IMG/VR virus record: IMGVR_UViG_3300031963_012969
Length of the DNA: 64,000 nt
Reading direction: 5' to 3' (one strand)
From: a virus
Part shown: positions 28,616 to 48,733 of the stretch, piece after piece
Position numbering within the stretch: the first letter of the stretch is position 1
Layout: each line of letters opens with the position of its first letter
The notes under the pieces: model-generated
Database searches by the model: none
What the model was told of the DNA's origin: nothing
What the model saw: the letters and a program-made list of their open reading frames with translations, nothing else
Made by a program: the position numbers and the translations under genes

Positions 28616-28892
28616 GCCTGTCGGCGACGAAAATTGCCGGTAGAGCTCTGTATAGGAACGCCGGTTTTTTTTCTAGCCACTGCACTGCTCTATCGAACGA
28701 TGATCGTTCCCATGCAGTTTCACCTCATTATCGTTCAATGAGGCAACTAGCCGATAGAGCAAAACATTGCTAATCGGATATTGCAACCATACTCATATGG
28801 TTTGCCGCACTTGGCTTAGATACCTGTTTATACTCGCCAAGTCGAGTTTAGTGTCAATAGATCAAATCAGACTTTAACTATTACACTAAAAG
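28616..28892. ncRNA. Candidate structured ncRNA downstream of the tRNA
   Basis: Non-coding, GC-elevated, with nested stems TGCTCTATCG/CGATAGAGCA, GAACGAT/ATCGTTC, CCTCATT/AATGAGG, ACTTGGC/GCCAAGT and TTTAGTGT/ACACTAAA. Confidence 0.5.
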
Positions 28893-28908
28893 TATGTACC
28901 ACAAAAAG

Positions 28909-28981
<73 letters not shown>

Positions 28982-29219
28982 AATAATAATTATTTTAAAA
29001 TTGGTTTCATGCCAATCCCCCCATACGAAAGAGGATTGGCATGATTTAACCAATATCTTAATACAATCAACTTCAACTTATGTTCAATACTCAACTACAA
29101 TATGATATACACAAACATACCTAAATAAACCAAAAGGCTTACACGATACATCAGATAGATAAAAGATATCTACATTATATTATGGCAAAAAATGCATATC
29201 TTTGAGGTACCCCCCACTA

Positions 29220-30299
29220 TCATTCCGTGTCTAATTCCATTAAATACTTTACATGTCTTTCCAGCAATTCTTTCAACCTTATACAGGCCAATTCATAACT
29301 AGCCCATTCTTCACTGATGTCATCAAAAATATATCCATTATGTACAATCACATATACCGGTGGTCTTCCGTAGCTCCACTTTGTCTCTATGAAATAATGA
29401 CAGTCTCGGTCCTTGTGGTGGTCCCGACCAATTAACTCGTATAGTTTGTCGGTTAAGTCGGTAATTTTTTGTATTACAGTTTCATTCATATTTTTACTCT
29501 TCCCAGATTTTATTTTCATAGTCCCAATGTCTTGAGTCATAAAAATTGATATTAATAGATACTCCAAAAAGGTTTAATTCAAAAGATATACCAGCATGAT
29601 CACGTCCGGTAATGAAACTAGCATCTATCTCTATCTTGAATGTGTAATCATTAAAGAAGAATAGCTCAAGCTCAATATTTTTATTTTTTGAGACCTGCTT
29701 AAATATAGAGCAAATATTTTTGTAAGTAGTTTTAGTTTGAAAAAGGTTTTTTAATGATATCTGAAAATACATATTATAAATTCCAGTATTCGGTATGAAC
29801 TGAATCTCCGCACTGCTCACATCTCTCCGATGTCTCCCAATTATCTGGCTGGAAAAGTTCAACAAGAGTATTGACGTGAATTTCTGATCTATTTATGGAT
29901 TCCCGTAATTGCTCTATCATGTAGTCTACGAACTCCTTTTGGAGTTCTTCTGGAAGGTCCCAATAGTCTTCACCATTTACAATAAATGCATCAGCTGTGC
30001 ATCCGCGAGACATCTCTATTTTATATTTATTCATATTGAGTAATTTTCTGGTACCAGAAATTCCCAGGCTAAGATTTTCTAGGGATAAGTAAAGCTGTTT
30101 CAGTTTGTTTATTGTTTTCTTTATCATAAACCTCGTCCCATTCCCCTTCCCATGACTTGTGAACTGAGTTGGTATTTTTTACTATCTGTACTAGTAATAT
30201 ATTATTGGGCTCATCAAACCCAGATTCGTATCCATTTACGACCACCCTCATCTCGGGATCTTCAAGAGATAGAACACTTATAAGTTCTTTTACTTTCAT
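29220..30299 (-). CDS. Cluster of four small hypothetical genes (29220-~29486, 29494-~29772, 29774-~30034, 30069-30299)
   Basis: Minus-strand ORFs; the track starts are probably over-extended. Confidence 0.5.
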
Positions 30300-30323
30300 G
30301 TTTTGTTGTGTATTAAAATAGTA

Positions 30324-30477
30324 AGAAGCAGAATGGTCGCTACTCCATTTAAATAAATAACCGTTTTTTATGAGGTGTTCTTCTTCCTCTTTTTGCGTGT
30401 CTGCGTTACCTCTTCGGTTATTCCCATGCCCATGAAGACATGCATCGAACCGTTTGGCTTTCCACGCCGCTGCTTCT
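30324..30477 (-). ncRNA. Candidate tRNA-like structured RNA
   Basis: Terminal stem AGAAGCAG/CTGCTTCT stacked on a T-arm-like hairpin AATGG-AGTAGCGA-CCATT. Internal pairs AATAACCG/CGGTTATT, GAGGT/ACCTC and GCGTG/CACGC. Confidence 0.45.
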
Positions 30478-30480
30478 AAA

Positions 30481-30651
30481 TTACGTTTCCCATCCTTTGT
30501 ACTTACCGTACGCTGGTGGAGTTTCTGGATCTAGTTTTGCTCGGCGTCTTTCGCTTTTATTTTTCTTCTTTTTAATAAACGAATGGTAATCATTTTTTCT
30601 TTTAGATTTACCATCAGCTTGTTCTCCTAAGCGCCTAATTGTTTTGCCCAT
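30481..30651 (-). CDS. Small basic protein (56 aa, below track cutoff)
   Basis: Manual translation: MGKTIRRLGEQADGKSKRKNDYHSFIKKKKNKSERRRAKLDPETPPAYGKYKGWET. Confidence 0.5.
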   Translation of the reverse strand: MGKTIRRLGEQADGKSKRKNDYHSFIKKKKNKSERRRAKLDPETPPAYGKYKGWET

Positions 30652-30699
30652 ATACTAAAATTGTATATCTAATTTATTATGGAATAAATTAATATTTTT

Positions 30700-31827
30700 T
30701 TATGCACCCTCTAAAGAGGTATAATTTCTGCTCAAGTGATTCAAGAATAAGTTGTGGCCTTCTTCATACCATCCCTTACCAGTATGCACATTAAGTACAT
30801 CTTGAAAATATTTTTCATACATTGATCCAACTTTTTCTAGAGAAAAATTTTCGCCCCATTTTCTACAGTCTGAGGGCTTTATTTTGTCTATATTTTTTAC
30901 AGCCTCTACGAAATCGCCCATTGTCCTACATCTGTATCCAGTTATACCATGTATATTATTTTCAGCAAAACATCCCCAATCTGTTGTTATTGTGGGTGTT
31001 CCAGATAACAAATTTTCTACCTGTACTCCACCAAATGGTTCAACATACATACTTGGTATAAAACTGGCCCTAGCATTTTTCATTAATTTTTTTCGCGTTT
31101 CTATGTCCGCATATCCAATATATTCAACAGAATTTGGTATATTAAAGTTTTCGTCTTTTTGTCCAGCTATCACCAATTTAATTCCAGCCCTTTCAGCTGC
31201 TTGTATGGCTATGTGCACCCCCTTGCCATCGTAAACGCGTCCAATGTATAAAAAATAATCATCTTTTTTCTCTGAATACTCAAAATCATTTAAATCAAAA
31301 TAATTGGGAATAACAACATCATACCATGATTGATTGCATTGACCTACGTTCTTGAGTCCACAGTACGCATGATAAATTGCATAAGACTCGAATACTTTCC
31401 ATTTAGCCCAATGACCACCTGCATATCCTATCCCAGGCTCTACTACAATCATATCGTTGTGGGCATCACAAATAGGTCTAACTCCAGACCCCCAGAAAGG
31501 CAAAAGAAAATCATTTTTTCTTTTTCTTTTTTGTATTTCTCTTATAGAGTTCTTAAAAAATGTTTGATACGCATTGTCATTCGTGTCAAATTTAAAAAAT
31601 TTTTTGCGCCAATCATGTGATCCATATACATCATTAAAGTCTTTATTTGTTAAAACGCTTACGTGTTCATCACAGACAAGATCTGAATCTTCGTGGCCAT
31701 AATGTATTATTTCATGGCCTCTTTGTTTCATCATTTTCCCAAATTTTAAAACCTTCTGTGTATATGCACATGCCACAAAATCTTTGTTAGTTACAGTGTG
31801 CGGCAATCCAAGTAAGTGAAATCTCAT
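30700..31827 (-). CDS. Glycosyltransferase, GT-B fold (GT4-like)
   Basis: FLYIGRVYDGKG and PSMYVEPFGGVQVENLLSGTPTITTD (E-x7-E motif). Confidence 0.85.
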   Translation of the reverse strand: MRFHLLGLPHTVTNKDFVACAYTQKVLKFGKMMKQRGHEIIHYGHEDSDLVCDEHVSVLTNKDFNDVYGSHDWRKKFFKFDTNDNAYQTFFKNSIREIQKRKRKNDFLLPFWGSGVRPICDAHNDMIVVEPGIGYAGGHWAKWKVFESYAIYHAYCGLKNVGQCNQSWYDVVIPNYFDLNDFEYSEKKDDYFLYIGRVYDGKGVHIAIQAAERAGIKLVIAGQKDENFNIPNSVEYIGYADIETRKKLMKNARASFIPSMYVEPFGGVQVENLLSGTPTITTDWGCFAENNIHGITGYRCRTMGDFVEAVKNIDKIKPSDCRKWGENFSLEKVGSMYEKYFQDVLNVHTGKGWYEEGHNLFLNHLSRNYTSLEGA

Positions 31828-31873
31828 AACTGACTACTTGTTAGACCAACAAAAAAATAAAATCAATATTTTT

Positions 31874-32383
31874 TTAAAATTCTCCAGCATCAATTATTGA
31901 TTCTTCAGTTAAGCACTTTTCTTCATCGCCTGGAATATAGAATTCATCGCTTGTGGAGCATTCGTCTCTTGGCTCTTTCTTTTTCAGGAAGTTTACAGAT
32001 GGGCTATCTATTAAATTAAATGTCCCCTTATTATATGAAGCCCATATATCTCTTGACCCATCATCTCTTAACTGAAAAACATCCCAATAAAAAAGTCCAA
32101 CAGGCATACATAATGTTTGCGTTCCATTTACAAAAAATTCTGCAATTCCACTAGTGCTTGGATCTGGGTAAACAATTTGCCTAATTAATTCTTCGCCAGC
32201 TTTATAAACTCTTCCACTTATTGTAAACAAAAGTCTTTTTGTTCCGATTGGGTATTTAACCATAAAAGACAATGACTGTCCTTTTGTATAAACTACCGGA
32301 TCATTTGCAGATAACGGGGCCTGAACAGTTGGAATTGACATATAGTCAGGCGCAAATATATTTCCTTCTACTATTTCTTTCAT
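31874..32383 (-). CDS. Hypothetical virion-associated protein
   Basis: 169 aa, beta-rich, at the end of the tail operon. Confidence 0.5.
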   Translation of the reverse strand: MKEIVEGNIFAPDYMSIPTVQAPLSANDPVVYTKGQSLSFMVKYPIGTKRLLFTISGRVYKAGEELIRQIVYPDPSTSGIAEFFVNGTQTLCMPVGLFYWDVFQLRDDGSRDIWASYNKGTFNLIDSPSVNFLKKKEPRDECSTSDEFYIPGDEEKCLTEESIIDAGEF

Positions 32384-32384
32384 A

Positions 32385-34127
32385 TTAAGGTGTAATATCC
32401 CAGCTTTTAATTAATCCTTTTTCTATAACTACTGTATGTGATTTTGATTCTCCGTCAATAAAAACAACTGTTTTATCGACCTGAGAACTTAAATCTACTC
32501 CATCAATGTAATCAGCATTTAAATTATTTACTTTTGCAGTAGAATTTGTAGTAAGAGGAGAAACAGAAGAGTTATTAGACGTCAAAGTTAATGATTGCAA
32601 ATTAAGGGATCTTGTTAATTCATATCCACCGGATATAGTCCCAACCAATACTTGTCCTTGAGACGGTGACTGCGCCAATCCGGTACCCCCCCTTATTGGA
32701 GAGATAGGTGTACCAGCCCAATTACCCTGAGATATATTACCAACAATTGTTATAGACGTAGAACCAGGCCAACTATTAGAAGAAACCTGAGATAATGTAG
32801 AACTAAATGCCTGTATGTTTGTCCCAGGAATCAATTGAAGGAGTGCCTGCATGCTTGTTGAAGAGGACGCAGTTACAAGGCTTGATCCAAGAGTAGAAAA
32901 ACCAAGATCAGTCCTAGCATCAATAGATGATCTCCTATTGATAGTTGGATTAATGCCACCAGACATTACAAAAAAATATTTAGTTCCACTTTCTGTGTTG
33001 TTTGATGAATTGGATATAGACTGAAGTAATGGACTAAATGCCTGTGTATTTTGACCAATAGAAAGTCCAAGTATTTGAATTGTTTCGTCTCTTGTTTTTT
33101 GAGCAAAACCACCTCCAGTTGTTCCAACAATAAATGAATTTAATGGTGGAGTCATGTTTGATATTTGCTGTAATTTTTGGTCAAATGGCTGCACTTGATC
33201 TATGCCAAGATTTTCTCTAGCTATGGACTTTCCTGACTCTGTGCTAAGATCTACACCTAATCCTCCATATTGAGTTGAGAGTGGTACACTAAGAGCAATT
33301 TGACTAAAATTTTGTGTCTGAGGCCAAAAATTAACTACACCTAATTTAGCGTATCTGGCATCTGCTGTTGAAACATTTAAGACAAACGATTTTTTAGTTT
33401 GATAATTAGAGTCTATTCCAGATAAATCATTTATACTTAAATTAAAATTTGTTCCGATAAATTTTAAAGTTTGATCTATCCCAAGACTGTAAAATTCTGG
33501 AGATGATCCAGATAATTTAATTCTTAGTCCTGATTGAGACTGGCCTGGTTCTGGCGATACCGGTTTGATTTCCGATACCTCCACTATGTTTTTACTACTC
33601 AAGTTAATGTCTCCAGAAAAAAAACCTGATCCAAGCTTGAATTGGCCAGAGCTTTTTATAGACCATAAATAGTCTGTATAATTTGGGTTCGCTGCCCCAA
33701 CTTCATTTCCATTCTGTATATAAATTTTACCAGATGGTATTCCAGCAGATATAACTAATGGATTTGATTGACCTGGCGAGATTGATATACCATATCTGTT
33801 GTCCCCAAGTGAACCTATTCGTACGTTATTTACTAAAATTCCTCCATCAAAAAAATTAAGTGAATTTGATATTGGTTGTAGCGTACTATTAGAAGACTTA
33901 GACCAAATTGTTCCTATTGGGACGGAACCAAAATCTGGAAAAATAAATTGTGGTGGTACTAATGCATTAGAGTTTAACGGGGCATATCCATTAGCCTGTC
34001 CCTTAGCTATTTTTTGTTGATACTCGTTTAATTGAAGTAATGCATTAGAAAGGTCTAGTGGTTTTGACTGCGCGAAAATATGCACAGGAATCAAAATGCA
34101 TAAAAAAATAAGATAAAAAACATTCAT
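32385..34127 (-). CDS. Tail fibre/adhesin-like protein
   Basis: Ser/Gly/Thr-rich, with KGQANGYAPLNS, ARENLGI/ARTDLG, RGGTG and VNNLNADYIDG fibre motifs. Confidence 0.6.
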   Translation of the reverse strand: MNVFYLIFLCILIPVHIFAQSKPLDLSNALLQLNEYQQKIAKGQANGYAPLNSNALVPPQFIFPDFGSVPIGTIWSKSSNSTLQPISNSLNFFDGGILVNNVRIGSLGDNRYGISISPGQSNPLVISAGIPSGKIYIQNGNEVGAANPNYTDYLWSIKSSGQFKLGSGFFSGDINLSSKNIVEVSEIKPVSPEPGQSQSGLRIKLSGSSPEFYSLGIDQTLKFIGTNFNLSINDLSGIDSNYQTKKSFVLNVSTADARYAKLGVVNFWPQTQNFSQIALSVPLSTQYGGLGVDLSTESGKSIARENLGIDQVQPFDQKLQQISNMTPPLNSFIVGTTGGGFAQKTRDETIQILGLSIGQNTQAFSPLLQSISNSSNNTESGTKYFFVMSGGINPTINRRSSIDARTDLGFSTLGSSLVTASSSTSMQALLQLIPGTNIQAFSSTLSQVSSNSWPGSTSITIVGNISQGNWAGTPISPIRGGTGLAQSPSQGQVLVGTISGGYELTRSLNLQSLTLTSNNSSVSPLTTNSTAKVNNLNADYIDGVDLSSQVDKTVVFIDGESKSHTVVIEKGLIKSWDITP

Positions 34128-34131
34128 TAAA

Positions 34132-34437
34132 TTAGTCTATTCTTCTCATATTAACTCCACCTTTGCCAGAGCTATAAACATAAATAGGGCCACTAGAACC
34201 AAGGATTTCTTTTAATTTTTTTTTGCTTACTTCTGATAGTGTTGTCATTACAGCTAGAGCCTGATCAGATACATCAGCAAACAATGAATTTACTTCGCAG
34301 GAGCTACAACCTCTTTTTTGCTGCAGTTCTGAATTTTTTAACTTAAATTGTTCGTAAACAGGAATAAACTCAGGTATATCTTTTACCACAGAAATAGATG
34401 AAGCCAAAGATAGTGCTCTTTTTTTTGTTATAACCAT
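34132..34437 (-). CDS. Hypothetical protein (CxxC)
   Basis: 101 aa containing GCSSC. Confidence 0.5.
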   Translation of the reverse strand: MVITKKRALSLASSISVVKDIPEFIPVYEQFKLKNSELQQKRGCSSCEVNSLFADVSDQALAVMTTLSEVSKKKLKEILGSSGPIYVYSSGKGGVNMRRID

Positions 34438-34441
34438 ATTT

Positions 34442-35164
34442 TTATTTAAATGTTATTATATGTGTTCCAGAAGAAATTTTTTCTTTTGTTGTATATATTT
34501 TATACACAATTGACGCTCCATATTTATTTACTAATGTAATATCATTTTGATTAGATAGCGCAAGTACATTATCTATGAAAATATTTTTATTTGATGTATA
34601 TATTGGAACGGCCACGGTAAAATAATTTTCTCCACTAAAAGTGTCTACTTTATTGAATCCGTCTGAATAAAATTCAATTGTACTTAAATTTAATATATCC
34701 GACTCATCAGGAAGATCAATTGTTTCGCCGTAATATAATGAAGTTGCGTCAGGGGGATAAGAAGCAATGAGGTCTGGCTCTGTATTTATTGATAAATCGT
34801 TAGATTCTGCTAATGTAAAGACTTCTGAAGATATCTTTTTCCATGAGTCTTCTAAGTCTTTTTTGCTTTCGAACATAAGTTCTATTGAATCTATTCTAAA
34901 AAAATTAGACTCATTGGGGTCTGGGTCGTTAATAGGAATCCATTCCATCTCTCCCACAGAAGCTACAGAATAAAAAGTATCTACTTGTTGCTGTGAATAT
35001 GAAGATGAAATATCTCTTTGCATTACAAAAATATTTCTATCTATGTTGTGTGCTATATCTACATTTATTTTTAATAAAAATCCGGCAAGCCCAGGCAACA
35101 TTTTGGTATCTATTTTTACACTATTGCTTGTCTCTCTTTTTAAAATTAAAACAGTTTTCAACAT
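34442..35164 (-). CDS. Hypothetical structural protein
   Basis: 240-aa ORF in the tail operon. Confidence 0.55.
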   Translation of the reverse strand: MLKTVLILKRETSNSVKIDTKMLPGLAGFLLKINVDIAHNIDRNIFVMQRDISSSYSQQQVDTFYSVASVGEMEWIPINDPDPNESNFFRIDSIELMFESKKDLEDSWKKISSEVFTLAESNDLSINTEPDLIASYPPDATSLYYGETIDLPDESDILNLSTIEFYSDGFNKVDTFSGENYFTVAVPIYTSNKNIFIDNVLALSNQNDITLVNKYGASIVYKIYTTKEKISSGTHIITFK

Positions 35165-35222
35165 ACATATATTATTACTAAAATATTGAATTAGTGCAAT
35201 GATATTGGAGTTAAAATACTGC

Positions 35223-38018
<2,796 letters not shown>

Positions 38019-38061
38019 TTATATATAATACATTATTTTTTTATATAATAATCACCAAAAA

Positions 38062-40869
<2,808 letters not shown>

Positions 40870-40883
40870 TGGCTACTAATTAT

Positions 40884-44502
<3,619 letters not shown>

Positions 44503-44506
<4 letters not shown>

Positions 44507-45213
44507 TTTGTTAATTCTATTTTAATTCCATTATCTATAGGATTTATTCTTAATACCTGTCTTTTATCTAAGGTATTAGATGGCTGGCCAATATCTTTTT
44601 GTTTTATCAACAAATTTATATCAGTCGGGGAGATGTTATTAATTTTTTTTAATATAATTTGACCATCTTCACAGCATTTTTCGGAAATAAGTGAAATATC
44701 CTTACCAACTGAATCAAACACAATTAAATTTTTGTTGCCATTTATTTTGATCCCAGGACCTTCATGAAAGTTTATAAAACCTTTCAATATATTATTATCT
44801 ATTCTTATTGACGAAACCTGGCTTTCAGAAAGCGAAATAATACATGTTGGGTTTAATAATATGTCTCCCTCATTAAATTCCATGGACAAAGATTTTCTGG
44901 CCCTAGAAAAATAAGAGCCAAGCATAATACTACCACATGCTCGGCCATCATTATTTAATATTTTTATTAATTTATTCGGAGTGCTGTCTTCTTTCGATGT
45001 AAATGTAAATATATTGGACTTATCTGTTTTTAGCTCTCCATGTATGTATTCATCTTTTATAGATAATTCCGAAAGCCATATTTTTCTAGACCCAAACAAA
45101 ACAATAGATGCATCCACAAAAATAGTGTTATCTATCTCCATATTTTCGTAAATAAATGGAAATGTAGACTCGGAGTTTTGGTTTCTCCATTCTTTATATG
45201 TTAATGCTTCCAT
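44503..45213 (-). CDS. Tail/baseplate-associated paralog 2
   Basis: EWRNQNSESTFPF; KKINNISP. Confidence 0.6.
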
Positions 45214-45216
45214 GTT

Positions 45217-46140
45217 TTATATTAAATTCTCTTCACTTGGTAACCTTCCATCTGGGAACGGCATAATCTTTGTTTCCTCGCATATTTCTTCACTATTTTT
45301 ATCTAAAGAAAGAATTACAGAATCATCAGTATTCTCTATTTGTATTCCAGTGGAACTACTTCCAGTAAATAAAACAAATTTTCCTTGTTCATCGTCAAAT
45401 TTAAATTCACCTATTTCTATATCTATGCTTCCATCTTGTGGTCTTGGTTTGACGGTGTTTATTTTTTTTATAGGTACGTTTGGACAGTCACAAACAGTTG
45501 TAGGTGGCGGACATATATCTTTAATTAAAGATGGATCAGATAAATAAAACAAAATATTAGAACCTTCTGCTATGACTTTTTGAGAGACGTCATTTTGTAG
45601 TATTTGTTTTATTATTTCCGGCCTGTCGTCAACTAATGTATTTAATAATCCTATAGTAGATATACTTATCTCTCCTTGTGCCTTGTCCATGTTATATTGA
45701 ATTGAGTTTATCGCTGGATGGCCTACGCACACAAAACTATAATTTATTAATGGTATGTTAGTGTTTACAAAATTGTGTAAACCACTTAACCTCATGTGAT
45801 AAAATTTGTTCATGTCGCCAAAAGCAACGTTCCCTGAAACAAGTATGTTAGATATCGGAATTATTTCATTTGTAGTAAATTTATCTGTTAACCCGCACTG
45901 AGCCATAAAAATGTCTTTATCAGATACCGAATCGTAAAATGTAGCAGTAAAAATATTTCCAGAGAAATGAATAGACGATAGAAACAATTTTGCATTATTA
46001 GAGTGGACAACTGCCATACAATCAACAATTAATGAATCTGCAAAGGTAAATCCTTTGTCAGATAATTCATATCTACTATATTCAAATGGATAAGATCTGA
46101 TTGAATTTAAATTATACCAATCTTGATTACTTCCTCTCAT
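45217..46140 (-). CDS. Tail/baseplate-associated paralog 3
   Basis: DWYNLNSIRSYPF; KKINTVKP. Confidence 0.6.
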   Translation of the reverse strand: MRGSNQDWYNLNSIRSYPFEYSRYELSDKGFTFADSLIVDCMAVVHSNNAKLFLSSIHFSGNIFTATFYDSVSDKDIFMAQCGLTDKFTTNEIIPISNILVSGNVAFGDMNKFYHMRLSGLHNFVNTNIPLINYSFVCVGHPAINSIQYNMDKAQGEISISTIGLLNTLVDDRPEIIKQILQNDVSQKVIAEGSNILFYLSDPSLIKDICPPPTTVCDCPNVPIKKINTVKPRPQDGSIDIEIGEFKFDDEQGKFVLFTGSSSTGIQIENTDDSVILSLDKNSEEICEETKIMPFPDGRLPSEENLI

Positions 46141-46145
46141 ATAAA

Positions 46146-47774
46146 TTACTGGTCTAGTTGAACAACTCTATATGTCTGTCTATTAATTATTTCGCCTTCG
46201 CAGCTCTTGGACTGTATAATTGGCCCATACTCGTGTCTTGCTATCCATATATCTTTTTTGCATCCATAAGTACCAATCCATTCTTGATCTTCACCGGTCA
46301 TGCCACCATATATTCCATTTGACTCACATCTAATTGTTAAATTGTTGTTCTTTAAATCAAATACAGTAAAATTAGCAATAAATGTTATGTCTGTATAGCT
46401 TCCTGGCATTATTGGCTTAATCTCCCCAAGCTCTGAATTGGAGCCAACCACATAACCACCAAAAAAACCATTTGGTAATTCGGGATTTTGATTGTAATAA
46501 TCTTTTGACGTAGTTATTAGTGGAGGCAATTCATCGAAAGATGTATACAACAAAGGTGGTTTATCTGATTCTAGGCTAGGCTCAAATTCAAGTATTGAAA
46601 AGTTTTGTGGCTCTATTCCAAAGCCACCAATAACACTTAACCTAAAATTAACGTAAATAGGTACTGAACATGTATTTTGAACGCTAACTCTAAATTGATC
46701 TTCAAATACTCTTAAATTTCTGACCCTGCATATTGGTCTTCTCTCCTGGTTTATCTTCTTTACTGCATCATTGTATAGTTCAGTGTTAGCTGTCACCATG
46801 TTAACAAGTAAGTCACAAACTTCTTTTAACTTCTTTGATCTTCTTTCTATAGCAGCTGTATACGCCCTATATTTTTCGCACCCACAACACGGAAGACAAT
46901 CGCTTAATAACTGAATAGAGTTTGATACTTTAATGTCTTGCTGTTTATCTGGTGAATCATCGGAATACCTTATTTCAGGTCTCTCTATTTTTGTTAAGCA
47001 GCCGTGTGTATTTAGTTTAAATTTCCCAGAATCATCTGGTCCTACATTATTAATAAATTTAATAAAAAGATCGTTTTCCTCTGTGGTAGATTCTGGTATT
47101 GGTATTGCTGAAATAGTTATTAAATTTTCATCTATGTCGTCTTTAGAAAATTTAATATAATTACCGGCTTTAATTTTTTGAACAACTTCTTTTCCCCATT
47201 CATTTTCTGACGGAGGTGATGGCGCTACATAAAAATTTGAATTTTTTTGGGTTATGTAATTCGGAACTCTCTCCAAGAAAATTCTCCTAAAAGTTTTGTT
47301 CCCAGGATTTACAATAGAAGGGTCTAACTCGGATGAATCTGAATCTAAATTAGACAAGCTCTGAATTGCTGTGTCCCACGCGTCTCCCACGGTGAACATG
47401 CACATAGAGTATTTTGTGGGATATCCGGTAAGACTAGATACAATTGGGTTACTATAACTTATTGTTATTTGTTCTCCAGCTCTATCTTTTGTGGTGGTTA
47501 TTCCATTCTCTGTTACGGTTTTTCTTCTCGCTAATGATTCTGAAAGCAGCGCAATCTCTGAGTTTGATTTATACTTAAACTCCAAAACATATGAATCGTT
47601 TTCAGTGCTATATATTATACTGGATATATAAACAGCGTTATCTTCGTAATAATCAGGGAAAAACCGTAAATCTACTATAAAATTTTTGGGTATTCCATTT
47701 TGAGAGATTGTTTTCTCGCTAAATGGAAATGCTCTTATGGAATTTTCTTGCTGCCATTCTTGAACGTTTTTCAC
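46146..47774 (-). CDS. Tail/baseplate-associated paralog 4
   Basis: EWQQENSIRAFPF; KFINNVGPDDSG; CLPCCGC followed by a coiled coil. Confidence 0.6.
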   Translation of the reverse strand: MKNVQEWQQENSIRAFPFSEKTISQNGIPKNFIVDLRFFPDYYEDNAVYISSIIYSTENDSYVLEFKYKSNSEIALLSESLARRKTVTENGITTTKDRAGEQITISYSNPIVSSLTGYPTKYSMCMFTVGDAWDTAIQSLSNLDSDSSELDPSIVNPGNKTFRRIFLERVPNYITQKNSNFYVAPSPPSENEWGKEVVQKIKAGNYIKFSKDDIDENLITISAIPIPESTTEENDLFIKFINNVGPDDSGKFKLNTHGCLTKIERPEIRYSDDSPDKQQDIKVSNSIQLLSDCLPCCGCEKYRAYTAAIERRSKKLKEVCDLLVNMVTANTELYNDAVKKINQERRPICRVRNLRVFEDQFRVSVQNTCSVPIYVNFRLSVIGGFGIEPQNFSILEFEPSLESDKPPLLYTSFDELPPLITTSKDYYNQNPELPNGFFGGYVVGSNSELGEIKPIMPGSYTDITFIANFTVFDLKNNNLTIRCESNGIYGGMTGEDQEWIGTYGCKKDIWIARHEYGPIIQSKSCEGEIINRQTYRVVQLDQ

Positions 47775-48733
47775 AGATTAGCTATTAGGTTTGCAAGTAA
47801 CTCACTTTGTGTTCCCTGCGTCGTTAAAACAAGTTCTCTAAGTCTTTCCTCTTGTTGTTTTAATTGTTCTAGTCCAGTTGTTAAAGCTTCTAAATCTATA
47901 CAACCACAACAAGATTCAGAGCACAAATCATTAACTTTAATTGAATTGCTGTCTTGGTTTTCATCTATTCCTATGCACTCAGATTCCTCTATCCAAAAAT
48001 GACCAGTAGAATCTGGCCTAACTCCATTAATTGTTTTTATGCATGGACTATAAAAAGTTTTTCCTGTTTCACAGGCGTCCGGTTCCTGTATGATATTTTC
48101 ATTTACAACGGCGTCAATTTTTATGCATCCATATTGGTCGATTTCTCCTGTGTCTGGATTAACTAATGGGTCATAAGTCATCCTAATATTCTGACCAGCT
48201 TTTAATTTTAAAACATCCGTAGCTCTATGTATTAACACATCATTTGAGTCATATATATCTATGTACTGCATAGATGGAACAGAAACAAACCTACAATTAA
48301 TCTCAAATTTTGTTGACAAACTATCAAAGTCAAAACTTCCCAATCCCCTATTTATCGTCTCAGTAATATCACCTATTGCGATTCCCCCTAAAACAGAAGA
48401 ATTCTGTCCCTGTCCAATAAAGGAATAATTACTAAATTTAGAGAAAGTTTTGGTATCTATATCAATAGATCCTATATAAATATCGACAGCGTTATTTGAA
48501 TTTGACCGATAAGAGATGGATATTTTTATTAATGGCACCGATACGAATAATTTAGAAACGAAAAAAACTCCATCAGCATATGCCCTAGAGTGATTAACTT
48601 GCATCGATACAATTAAATCATTTGATATCGTATATGTTCCACTCTTATCTATTCTAGAGCAATTTTCAGCAATTGGATAGTTCCTTACAGAGTTGGAATT
48701 TAACCACTCTGGAAAAATTATACTTTGTGCCAC
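47771..48733 (-). CDS. Tail/baseplate-associated paralog 5
   Basis: EWLNSNSVRNYPI; KTINGVRPDSTG; CSESCCGC followed by a coiled coil. Confidence 0.6.
   Translation of the reverse strand: MAQSIIFPEWLNSNSVRNYPIAENCSRIDKSGTYTISNDLIVSMQVNHSRAYADGVFFVSKLFVSVPLIKISISYRSNSNNAVDIYIGSIDIDTKTFSKFSNYSFIGQGQNSSVLGGIAIGDITETINRGLGSFDFDSLSTKFEINCRFVSVPSMQYIDIYDSNDVLIHRATDVLKLKAGQNIRMTYDPLVNPDTGEIDQYGCIKIDAVVNENIIQEPDACETGKTFYSPCIKTINGVRPDSTGHFWIEESECIGIDENQDSNSIKVNDLCSESCCGCIDLEALTTGLEQLKQQEERLRELVLTTQGTQSELLANLIANL

Noticed and set aside
28616-28892. A fourth retron-like unit
   Set aside because: No enclosing arm pair with the TG-G-C...C-G-CA junction was found, so it is reported separately as an unrelated ncRNA candidate.
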